This document shows, one piece after another, positions 32,875-43,280 of a stretch of 64,000 bases of DNA. The stretch is taken from the NCBI GenBank assembly GCA_009859145.1, contig VRVR01000028.1, positions 36,438 through 100,437 on the forward strand, given 5' to 3'. How positions within the stretch are numbered: the first letter of the stretch is position 1; each line of letters begins with the position of its first letter. The translations under genes were made by a program, and so were the position numbers. The DNA comes from Andalucia godoyi And28. Taxonomy: Eukaryota; Protista; Jakobida. The notes under the pieces are model-generated. The model was not told where the DNA came from. It saw only the letters and a list, made by a program, of their open reading frames with translations, and searched no databases.

Positions 32875-34263
32875 ATGGGAGAGCCAAGCGGACAGTCGAT
32901 GCCGTCACGCATGCTGTCGTTGATCGCGGAGCTTGAAGCCTCCCAGCAGACCACGACCGCTCGCTACGACAGTGTTTTACAGGCGCAGAACAAGATTGTG
33001 GAGGCGCTGCAAAGCAAGTTTCTTGAACAGTCTCGGGCGATCAGGAGTATGGATATTGAGACCAAAGTGAGCTTGAAGGAGATTGAGACTCGGCTAACTG
33101 CCCTGGTCCATAGACACAAAGGCGAAGCGAGCACCAGCAGTGGTGGTTCGGAGGAGATTGCTGCGGCTCGCAAGGCGCTCGAGACGATGGTGTCTGAGTC
33201 GTCGAGTCAGATGCATGAGTTTGTGAATTCGCAGCTGTCGACGATCGCATCGTCGATGGAGAGTCTGGAGGGCCGGCTCGTTGGGTTTGTCGATGCCCGG
33301 ACGTCTGCATCGGAGGAGTCGATGCGAACGGTGTTTATGAAGCGCATGGAGGACTTGGAGCGGCAGGTCGTGGCGCTTGCTTCGGAAAAGGCAGAGATGA
33401 TGCGCATGCTCGAGGATGCGGAGAGACAGAGAGATGCAGCCCTGTCGGCCTTGCGCAATGAAATGGAGTCCAGGATCGCCGCGCTCGAAGCAAACTACTT
33501 TGGGTTCCGCGAGCACCATGTCAAGGTCGTCGACCAGCTGCGCACCGACATATCGTCTGCAAAGTTTTCCTCTGCCAGCACTAGCCAGCACCAGCAAGGA
33601 CAGGCACAGGAGCAGGAGCAAGATGAGAGTGGCCGCGAGAGTGGCGAGTCGCAGTATGATTATGTGCCGCATGATGACATGCAGGGCGAGAAAGAGCCGA
33701 TCTTGGTGGAGTTTTCGCAGGAAGAAAAGGCAGAGGGCCTGTTCGACAAGGACGCACCATGGGGGGATCTTGGGTCTCATGCTCGGTTGCCTGCTGAGCT
33801 GTCGGATCCACGGCACTTCCACAAGCTGTTCAAGAGCACCGCGACCAGGCAGTCGTCGGTGCGTATCCCAACGATTCCTGTGCACACCAGAGACGGCGAA
33901 GAAGACTCGTTCACAGTGTCCGCGCCACAGCCGCAGAAACTCCATCCAAACGTGAAGGCAGAGCTCGAGAGGATCGCCGCAGAATACACTGACCCACACG
34001 CAGAGGCGTTCTACTCGGACACGCTCAAAGCGTCCGTCCGCGATGGAATGGCAAAGCGGAAAAAGGATATCCAAGACGAGCTGGACAATCTTGCAAAGGA
34101 GGAAGCGCAGCCTCCTTCACGAACCGCTCAGAAGCCACAGCCACACACACCCAACACTCCTACCGCAACGCTCCCAAGCGCCAGATCGTCCTCGACCACC
34201 GCCGTGAAACCACCGTCGCACGCGCCCGCTTCTGCTTCCGCCTCGCGAGCCAGAAAGGGATAG
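32875..34263 (+). CDS. Coiled-coil protein of unknown function
   Basis: Long ORF with heptad-rich E/K/R/L composition; first ATG at 32875. Confidence 0.8.
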   Translation: MGEPSGQSMPSRMLSLIAELEASQQTTTARYDSVLQAQNKIVEALQSKFLEQSRAIRSMDIETKVSLKEIETRLTALVHRHKGEASTSSGGSEEIAAARKALETMVSESSSQMHEFVNSQLSTIASSMESLEGRLVGFVDARTSASEESMRTVFMKRMEDLERQVVALASEKAEMMRMLEDAERQRDAALSALRNEMESRIAALEANYFGFREHHVKVVDQLRTDISSAKFSSASTSQHQQGQAQEQEQDESGRESGESQYDYVPHDDMQGEKEPILVEFSQEEKAEGLFDKDAPWGDLGSHARLPAELSDPRHFHKLFKSTATRQSSVRIPTIPVHTRDGEEDSFTVSAPQPQKLHPNVKAELERIAAEYTDPHAEAFYSDTLKASVRDGMAKRKKDIQDELDNLAKEEAQPPSRTAQKPQPHTPNTPTATLPSARSSSTTAVKPPSHAPASASASRARKG

Positions 34264-34548
34264 CAGCGCGTCTCCTCTCTTGAAATTTATGTAATATAAT
34301 GATAAAAACAAGAAACAAAAGGAAACCATCACCACCACCGCCACTGCTACAAAGGATGCTGGCGTGCCAAATCTCTCAGCGCTCAACGGCAAGCTTCTGA
34401 TGACTGTACAGCACCGAACGTTTGTTCACGACGAAAACTGAGAACAATTCACTCCGTTTGCTTCCTTTCTTTGTATCACATATGCATGTATATATAATAG
34501 TCCAAGGGAGCAGGAGCGGATTGTTTTTCATTGGTAGTGGTAGTGAAG

Positions 34549-35121
34549 ATGGTGGATCTGGTGGGTGATCTGTGTTCGTTGCTGGTCAAGTGCCTGATTG
34601 GGTCGTGTGAATGCTGTGCGAAAACAGTTAAGAGCATTGATGGAAAAGCAGTGATGCACTGCTGTTGCCAGTGCGGAGAAGCATGCACGAGGACAACGGT
34701 TGAGATTGCTTCAGGGGCGCCGCGCCACTGTTGCTCGGCTTTGGAGTTCTGCAAGCAATGCCACGTCGATGTCTGCTGCGGATACGGTCGAGCGGCCGGA
34801 GAAGCTGTCCATGCTGTGTGGAACGCACAGCTGCGAGTATGCAGTTGTGTGTGCAACCTGTTTCTGAATCCCAGCAATCCGGGATGTATGGACTGTCTGT
34901 GCTACTGCTGCTGCAGATGTTTTCTTGTGGCGCCTAGCTCCTCGTCGACCAGCGGAGTCACTTCTTCTTCATCCAAAGCGGGCCCGCAGAAACAGGCTCC
35001 GCATTCCGAGGCTGATGCTGAACAGCATGCGAATCTAACCCCACATGTTGGTGTGTTCACCCACTCGGCGCCGCCGGCGGTTACAGAGATGTCCGAAGGG
35101 CCCGGTCCATATGCATCGTAA
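34549..35121 (+). CDS. Small Cys-rich protein
   Basis: ATG ORF with many CC/CxC/CCC clusters (SCECCAK, HCCCQCGEAC, CLCYCCCRC) and a low-complexity tail. Confidence 0.7.
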   Translation: MVDLVGDLCSLLVKCLIGSCECCAKTVKSIDGKAVMHCCCQCGEACTRTTVEIASGAPRHCCSALEFCKQCHVDVCCGYGRAAGEAVHAVWNAQLRVCSCVCNLFLNPSNPGCMDCLCYCCCRCFLVAPSSSSTSGVTSSSSKAGPQKQAPHSEADAEQHANLTPHVGVFTHSAPPAVTEMSEGPGPYAS

Positions 35122-35170
35122 GCGAGCACGCGCCTCGGAGATGGACAGCGTCTCACTTGACATTTCCGCG

Positions 35171-35228
35171 TCTGCTTCTGCTTCGCTTCTGCTTCTGCTT
35201 CTGCTTCTGCTTCTGCTTCTGCTTCTGT
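35171..35228 (+). repeat. (GCTTCT)n hexamer array
   Basis: Read directly in the 3' flank of the Cys-rich ORF. Confidence 0.9.
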
Positions 35229-35627
35229 TGGCTTGTTCTGCACAATGTATTAAAGTCTTCATAGATTTCGACCTTTATGTATGTATGTAAGTATAAACTA
35301 GGTTTGATATTGGCGCCGCAAACGGAGCCAAAACAAAACAAAAAAACACTCTCAAAAAGACGAGTGATAGTGAAATATCCCAGCGTTCATCTTTCCCTTT
35401 CGCAACACCATTCTCTTCTAAACATGGATTCCGTTTGTTGTTGTTGTTGTCGTCGTCGTCGTCGTCGTTGTTGTTGTTGTTGTTGTTGTTTTCCTGTGAC
35501 CGACTCGGCCGACTTCTATAACTTTGTAAATTTGCTGTAAAGGACTTGTAAACCACCCAAAGCACCACCACCATCGTCGACGTCGTCGTCGTCGTCGTCG
35601 TCGTCATGATCTGTTGCTGCAGAAAGA

Positions 35628-37145
35628 TCATGAATGACGTGCAGCTCTTTCTTCTCCTCCAGAGCCGCTGGAGGAGTCGTCTTCTCCCTCCGGGGCGTAC
35701 ATATCGGGATGAATCCCCAGTTGCTGCGCCATTTGCAGCGCTTGGTGTGTCTGAGTGTTCCAGAACTTTCGATGACGACGTCTCCTTCTTGCCTCCGTCA
35801 CTTGGAACGCGCGCTGCAGTGCATCCTGGATATCCGAAGAAGCCTTTGCCGAAAAAATGCTGCTTGACGTCCCCGATCCCACCGTCGACGGCTGCGCCGC
35901 AAACGGCACCGAAGAGTCGGATGCCCCGAAGTTCCTACTCGTACTCGTACTCGTACTCATACCCCCGCTTGCATTTCCTTGTAGCCGATTGAGGATCGCG
36001 TCTCCAATCTGTGAATCGAACCCGGCTACCTCGCCCTCACGCTGGCTCTGACCTGGACCCTGCTGACCCTGCTGACCACGTTGCTGCATGACAGGGTACG
36101 GCGGAGCGTGCATTGGATGCGCCAAAGAAAGAGAGGGAGGATACGAAAACGGGTGCTGCGGAGCATGAGCAAATTGGCTGGCCGATCCTGGGGGATATGC
36201 CACAAATTGGGTACGTTGCACCGCAGAGGGTGGTCCAGAGGGAAGGCTTGGGAACGGCGAAACACCGCTGCTGACTAGCCTGCTCGAGCCGGCTGGCATG
36301 TGAGGAGCGACAGCAGAGGCAACCGGGCCGTAGTAACTTCCCTCCGAGAGCGATTCTCTCCGCGGAGACACGCCTCGGAAAGACAAGGAACCAAGTCGCG
36401 TATGTGACGCGTTATACTGTCTTGAAGCCATGCTATTTGGTGCTTCTGGTTCCAGTCCAGTTGGGGGTGCTGCGGCAGAACTTGTAGTACCGACGATTCG
36501 AGATCGGTATTCGATCGGACCAGGATATTCAGCGGCCGCACTGTCCCCGGCAAAGTAGTTCAGCGGATAGAGGGAAGAGGGAAGAGGGGGAATTGGCGCA
36601 TATCTAGATTCAAAAAACCCCATCTCAGCTGCAGTGGGAATCGGCATTCTTCGAGAAGGGTGTTCCGGTAGTACTCTTGAAGCCATACTTGAACCATAGT
36701 ATTCGTACTCGATTGGATACCGCCCGTGCTGAGAAGAATGGGAGAAGGAGGACGACGAGGAGGAGGAGGACGACGACGACGACGGGGGTGCTGCTGCTGT
36801 AGGACGATACGCACGGGATGCTGTTGTCGTCGTCGTCGTCGTCGTTGACATTGAAGTTGCCGTCGTCGTTCTCGGTGAGTAATTCTCGGGGAAACCTCCG
36901 GTGCTGTAGTCCGGCGCACAGTCCGCATAGTAAGGAGCGGACAAGGACGCCTCGGCAGTGTAGTGGTAACGTGGACGGACGGCAGCCGGGCCTGGAATCG
37001 GAACTTCTGAAGCTTCCGAGGAGACCAATTGCAATGTCCGTGCCGTCCGGAGTACATCGGGGGAGTGACTGGCTGATCCGCTTGGTGGAGATGAACGGGA
37101 ATTCGGGTCGTGTGAAGCCACAGCTCTTGCCCTGTGGTCTTGCAT
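35628..37145 (-). CDS. Low-complexity Ser/Pro/Tyr-rich putative nuclear protein
   Basis: Part of a 605-codon open frame; likely start MQDHR at 37145. C-terminal IGDAILNRL and DIQDALQRAFQ..RRRRRHRK. Confidence 0.75.
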   Translation of the reverse strand: MQDHRARAVASHDPNSRSSPPSGSASHSPDVLRTARTLQLVSSEASEVPIPGPAAVRPRYHYTAEASLSAPYYADCAPDYSTGGFPENYSPRTTTATSMSTTTTTTTTASRAYRPTAAAPPSSSSSSSSSSSSFSHSSQHGRYPIEYEYYGSSMASRVLPEHPSRRMPIPTAAEMGFFESRYAPIPPLPSSLYPLNYFAGDSAAAEYPGPIEYRSRIVGTTSSAAAPPTGLEPEAPNSMASRQYNASHTRLGSLSFRGVSPRRESLSEGSYYGPVASAVAPHMPAGSSRLVSSGVSPFPSLPSGPPSAVQRTQFVAYPPGSASQFAHAPQHPFSYPPSLSLAHPMHAPPYPVMQQRGQQGQQGPGQSQREGEVAGFDSQIGDAILNRLQGNASGGMSTSTSTSRNFGASDSSVPFAAQPSTVGSGTSSSIFSAKASSDIQDALQRAFQVTEARRRRRHRKFWNTQTHQALQMAQQLGIHPDMYAPEGEDDSSSGSGGEERAARHS

Positions 37146-40100
37146 GTATTTCAAAGATGAACGGTATCCGACAAAAGGAAAAGAAGTGTGGGCGCCGCGT
37201 TCTGTTGTCTTTTCCAAGTTGGCTTGAAAAGGGAACTTACACAGGAACGAAAGAAAGCTTAAAGAGGAGCACGGCAATTTCCGAACAATAAATGGTTTGG
37301 CAGAATGACGGAAATGAACGAGATGAGCACATTGGACTCGACTCTCAATTTGTTGAAGGATCTCCATATCGGACCGGTTTATGTGACAGCCATACGAGCA
37401 ATGATGATGATGGTTGGCGACTGTCTGCACGTGCCCAACATCCATGTAGGAGCAGCCTCGGATTTCAATTAGACAACTAACGCAATTCCATGCTCCTGCT
37501 CTGCTCGTGCCGCGTCTTGCAGGCCCTAGAGGCTGTGCCCTCAGAATTGCCTTGTCGTCACACAGATATCAGATATCACTTGTTGATGGACTCATGGCAT
37601 GCAAGCACGCAGAACTGAACTCACAAACTAGGCTCGGTTTTGTGTAAGCACTGGAACGACAAAAACTCCGTTTGGCAATCCCCTCGTCGGGGAGGACGAC
37701 AGACAGGCACGAGTGATGCGACATCGATTGGTTGCCGCAAAAACGCAGCATCCAGGCACCCGTGATTGTCGGGAAGTACGCCCTCGTACCCCGTGCTGTG
37801 CTACCTGACAACACACACCCCAAGCACTTTGCGGTGGCGGCGGCGGCGATGGTGTTGGCGGGCGGCGAGCGGCGAGCGGCAATACAGACGTTCGCACGCA
37901 ATCGGAATGGGACTCGTAGCGTATCGCACAAGCCCACTTTCTCAAATCGCCGCATTGGATGCAGCTCTGGGTGCCATGACTGCTCCGACAACTTGACACT
38001 CGCCGGGTACACGTACACCGTTCAGCGACTGAAGAAGTCGCACGTTTTCCAGTCTTTTGTGCTGATGGATCGTAAGTCCGGAACTGTGAGTCCGATGCTG
38101 CGGTCTGCCTGACGGAAGCAGCACACCTATGATCTATTCCCCTTTTTTTCTCGTACCGGTGGACATGAGACGCTGGATGCTGGTAGCGAAGCACACAGTC
38201 CCCGGGGTGCTGCAGGGGCAAGTGCCCGCGAGGCCCCGGGCGAAGCTGCTGGTCGCACCGGAAGGAGAAATTTCTGCAACCTCTCCATCGCGGAAGAAGG
38301 TGGGCAGCAGGCGACAGCATTGCGAGGACAACCCGGGTCTAAATTCCATGTAAAGGCATTCGCTGTCTGTAAAGGTAACCCGTCTGCTGACGCAGATGCT
38401 CAGGAAACAAGCAGGAAATGTGGATCCGACTCTTTCCCCGGTGAGCACCTCGTTCCGTCAACACGTATCAATAGCGCTGGCGGTATGCAAGCTCAGCGGA
38501 ACGGAAACTTGCGTAGCCGTACGTGCCCTGCCAGCTCCTGCTCTGTGGGCTGCACGGCCCGTGCCTCCCTTCTGGCAGATGGGGTCCTTGGCAGCGGCTA
38601 ACCCTGGTGGCCACGAGCCATCCAAAAGACGAGAGAACGACCTGAGTGGAGCCACTATTCGTTTGCTTTTGTTTGTTTGTTTTTGGTTGTTGTTTTTTGG
38701 TTCGGCTTCCTCCCGAATCCGTGCGACGACGGGCACATGAATTCTGCGCGCGGATGCACGTGCTTTTTTTTTCCAGCACGGCCATTCATGCAATCCGAAA
38801 GACCGACAACGCATCTTACCTCGTAACTACCACTGCACTGCTGCTCGGCGCTGGAGCCCTGCAAGCACTCCGCTGCGCGAATTTGCACTCGGCATCCAAC
38901 TCTGTTTAAAAATAACAACTGCCGTTGCCAGCTAGCTGGCTCTTGCAAAATCCTTGTTCCCACTCCCATTGTTTTTCTGCCGAAGCCGTCTTCTTGTCTT
39001 GTCTGCATGTGAGCATTCCAGACCACGTACACGGCCAAGCGGTCTCCGGAGGGACTTCTCTCAGAATGTGCAGACTTCAGAGTCACAGGTTTGCTCGTGG
39101 AGGCCACTCGCATCTGCTGTTGCCTTGCACAATCCCTGACGAGGCCGCCACCCGATCCCGAGGTTTCAGTTCTCGTCAGTTGCCATCTGTGAGGTCCGTT
39201 GGAAAACACCACGGCAAAACACACACGCGAGCGCACCGAGCGCTTGCGAATTGGAAAGCAGAAGACGTTATGACTGATTGTTTGAAAGACCACGATGATG
39301 GTGGTGGATGCGCACTAGCAAAGGCCGAAACTCCCTACGAGGTTTTCCAATACTCGGAACACTTCTACCAAGATGCGATTCCTACCATTTCGCAAACCTT
39401 TCCGGGGTTTTGCAGCGATGGACGTTTTCCTGTCGCGGAATTCGGTTTAATGCCTTCGTTCCGGTGGTGGTGTGCCATTAAAGGGAACTCCCGGAGGTCT
39501 CCGCGCTGCAACCATTTCCCAATGCGCTGTCGATTGGCGCAGAGTTGCACGGGTGCCAGTGATGACTGGGCGTCAGACCGCATCTGGACAATGGAGCGTT
39601 CACGCAACGGCGAAGACAGGAACCGCGCTGAGTGCCGCCGCACTGGCACACTAAAGACCCCGTCCACAACGGAGATTCTGCATGCCACTTCAGAGTTCAG
39701 ATCTCGCTACCAAAAAGGCGTTTGCGTGCGCTTGGAACGCCGTCCTTTTTCTCTTCTCCGTGGGGTGCTCGCGCATCTAAGCCGGACATTTGAGAGCTCG
39801 TCATCAGCGGGACCCAGAATGACTGCCAAAAACTGAAGGCGCTACTGTGCACATGCTGCCGCAGGACGCTTTCGATTCGGCGGGTGTATACACTAAGAAT
39901 GCTTCGTAAGCTGGCATCGATGAATCCATCGAGTGTCGACGCTTGGCGGTAGTTCAAAAGAGCTGGAGCTCCTCTAGGACATATGTATGCCGGAAGCTGC
40001 GTCGCAGTGCCAGATTCTTCAGAAAGAACACCCAGGGACCTATGAGCGTAGGGATCATAGGGCCTAAAAGGCTGGGCTGGTCTGATCTTAATCGGGCAGA

Positions 40101-40849
40101 GGATATCTGACTGATGTGTGTGGACTCCGGAGATGGCAGGTGCACGTCTTTGTAGGTTTGCTCACACTTCGGGAAAAAAGAAAGATCAGCAGTTCAGCAT
40201 GGATGGACCCAAACAGCTGCTCGCGATATCCCGCAGCTTCAAAGTAGGTTCACCGTGTTCGTTTGTTGTTGTCGTTGTTGTTGGTTTTTTTTTGTCGCCT
40301 TTGCCCACTAATTGCAACAATCGTGCTTCTCAAATGTGCGGAGTGCATCAAAGAAGGGGGCAACCTTCGACAACGCAGGACATGTGTCTTCAGAGCTCTT
40401 TTACCTCCAATTCGACGAGACGGTTACAACGGCATGCAGTGAATTGAGGCATGTTCTCCCCGGCGTTCCCCTTGTTGGCCTTGCAGCCGCAGACCGTGTG
40501 GTACGTGGCGAAGATTGTGCGGGGGGGAGGGGAATGTGTCAAAATCCAAATCGAACATCTTTACAAAAATTTGCAGTCTCGAAATCCCAAAAAGGACTTG
40601 AAAAAATGCGTATGAATCGTACATCAAACATCGTCTGTGTTTTGTTTGTTTGTTGTTGTTTTTTGTTTTGAAACAGGTCATATTCATCACGGGACCATGA
40701 GGGGAAGCCCCCTTTCTATAAAATACTTCGTAAGAATGAGAGCCAACTCGAAATCAAGACTCGAAAAGTTAAACGCAAATACCGAAAATTGGGAAACGTG
40801 GGGAAGGAGGCAAACACCGAGAAAGGCGACACGGACAGAAACATCGGTG

Positions 40850-42043
40850 TCACTGGTTATCAGAATCTGGAGAGGATTGACGAGGCTTCGCGCTCAGCAC
40901 CGAGTTCATCGACTGCGTTCTGCGAACCTTAGATGGTCGGTTTTGTGGAGGAGTAGACTTGTCGGGCGACGAACCGCTGCTTGAGCCATCAGACCCCGAC
41001 GATGGAGCGGCCGCAGCGGCTTTGTCGGCGGGTGTCATTTGCTGTGCAAGTGCTGTTGCCATTCCACTCTGATAAAAGAAGGCAGTAGGAGGATTTGCAT
41101 ACTGCAAAAGCCCTTGTCCAACCGAAGCAGCTTTCTTACGAAGCGGATGAACGGCGACATCGGAAGAAGGAGCACCTGCGCTTGCGCGGTGCTGGAACCG
41201 TGCGTGCAGCGGCGCAGATGAATCCGCATTCGGGGGCGGTGTCGTCAAGAAGGACATTGGCTGCAGGCCCGCCGCGTGAGAAGAAGCATAATGCACCTGT
41301 CCTGCGCCAGGCCCTCCTGCTGCTCCGTACGGATGCTGGCTGTGGTACGTGGTGAATGTTTCCACAGGATGCATGCTTCCTGAATGGTGAGCGGGCACCA
41401 TGCCTGGATAAAGTGAAGAGGAGGCTATTCCAGCGGCCTGCTGCGGATGAAAAGAAGCTTGACTGGAAAACGAGACATCATGCACGGGACTGTTCGAGCC
41501 GCTTTTGGAAGGCGGCGTTCGTGTTCGAGGATCCGAGCCACCACCACCTGCTGTTGCTGCTGCTGCTGCTGCTGCCGAAGAACAGAGATGGACGGGTGGT
41601 CGCTGGTGGTTGGTGTTGGAAATAACAAAGTGGCCAAACGCAGAAGCTGCTTCGTCCGCAAGTCTTTGTCGCTGCGGCGGTCGCGACACAACTGGAGACA
41701 CGCGCTGTTCTTCCATGTCTGGAATGGAAGCGCTGCTCGACTGTACCGTGTAGGATCGCTTAGATGATCGAGTTGCAGATGTGGCATGACCGGTGACGGA
41801 ACTCGAGGCAGTTCTGGAGGCAGTCTTCCGAAGAGTATACGTTTTATCCTCATCCTCTCCCACTGTTGCTGTTGTTATTGCCGCCGCCGCTGCTGCTGCT
41901 GCCGTCGCTGTTCTTATTGCTGCACGTGTGGTCGGGATCTCTGTGCCTTGATTCAGCAGGAATGAAACGGCAAGTTTGTTCGAACGAAACCCTTGCGAAG
42001 GATCCGTCGGCGACAAGCTGTCAAACGACGAAGAATTCCTCAT
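40850..42043 (-). CDS. Low-complexity Ala/Ser-rich putative nuclear protein
   Basis: 397-aa ATG ORF; N-terminal KLAVSFLLN; no globular domain recognised. Confidence 0.7.
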   Translation of the reverse strand: MRNSSSFDSLSPTDPSQGFRSNKLAVSFLLNQGTEIPTTRAAIRTATAAAAAAAAITTATVGEDEDKTYTLRKTASRTASSSVTGHATSATRSSKRSYTVQSSSASIPDMEEQRVSPVVSRPPQRQRLADEAASAFGHFVISNTNHQRPPVHLCSSAAAAAAATAGGGGSDPRTRTPPSKSGSNSPVHDVSFSSQASFHPQQAAGIASSSLYPGMVPAHHSGSMHPVETFTTYHSQHPYGAAGGPGAGQVHYASSHAAGLQPMSFLTTPPPNADSSAPLHARFQHRASAGAPSSDVAVHPLRKKAASVGQGLLQYANPPTAFFYQSGMATALAQQMTPADKAAAAAPSSGSDGSSSGSSPDKSTPPQNRPSKVRRTQSMNSVLSAKPRQSSPDSDNQ

Positions 42044-43280
42044 GTGAGACGCGCTAACTCAGAGGCTGCTGTTCGTGGTGCTGCTGCCTTTTTTTTTCCC
42101 CCTCGACACTGGAATGTCTTTTGCAGTAAAAGAAATGTTTGCTCAGAACAGGAAAACTGGGGAAAACAGTTTAAGCATCAGTGGTTCGGCATTACCGCAG
42201 CGATCTGGATCGTTTCCGTTTTTGTTTGTATGCTTCTTTGATGTGTTTTCCCCTGGATTATTATGTTTTTTTTTAATCCTTCGGACGATCGGTGGTGCAC
42301 TGAACAAACAGGCAGAATGGAGACCAGAACAGGACAGATGGTGCTGGTCACGGTCGTCGCACTCATTGACTGTCTCTCGTGTCTGCAGATTCCTGACAGC
42401 ATCCATGCGAAGGAAACACTTTGCTCATACCAACCAAGGCAGCGTCGAATCAGAGGAGTATCGGGCAAGTCCTTTCATGTCGTGTGTTGGTACCGCAGAT
42501 CTCCTCGTGCAGAACCGCCGACTTTCACGAAGCATTGGAATTGTATCCGAAAGAATGCTTGTTTAGTTCGTGCTTGCGCCGATTCATGACAGACAAGACC
42601 ACTTTCTTATGCAAGTTCATACGAATGGATGCGAATCCACTGCAATCAGTGTGCATTCTGGTGCTCTGTACTATCCCCATCCGGCTGTCCTGGGGGGCCT
42701 AAAAGCCAGCGCATTCGCGACATCTCCGTACAAACTCCAGAGGAATCTTCTCTCCATTCCTTGCTTTTGCTGCTTCATCCGCTCGTTGTCATCCCACTCC
42801 GCTGTCATCCAAGCCTCCGATGCCGATTCGGCAGCTTCCCGGTGCTCACCATTCCGATTCGGCCACAGCCCGTATCCGCACCCACTCCCGGTACCACAAA
42901 AACAAGAATGCTGCACCGTTATGATCCAAAGCCGTCACGCCTGTCCCCGTCGGGAGTACAATAACAGAGCCCCTCCCAACCCTCCAACCAGTATGAAAGC
43001 TTTCCTTTCATTTTGTCTCAGCTGACCTTGTCAACAAATGCCGCGCCTGTAGTGCAAACCCAAAAAAATCATTTCTGCGGTTTCATTGCATCAATGCTAA
43101 TTGGTTCTAGTGCAAGAGACGGAAGTGTCGTATTTATTTAGTCCTAATCGGTTGAGGGGTTTGCTAATGCGATGGAGGAAAAAAAACGGATTGAATACAC
43201 AATTAGAAAGAGCAGCTCAAAAAAAAAAAAATGTTGCCCGTGGTTTCCATGCGTATCTGTACAGTTAAGTGGGAGTGATT

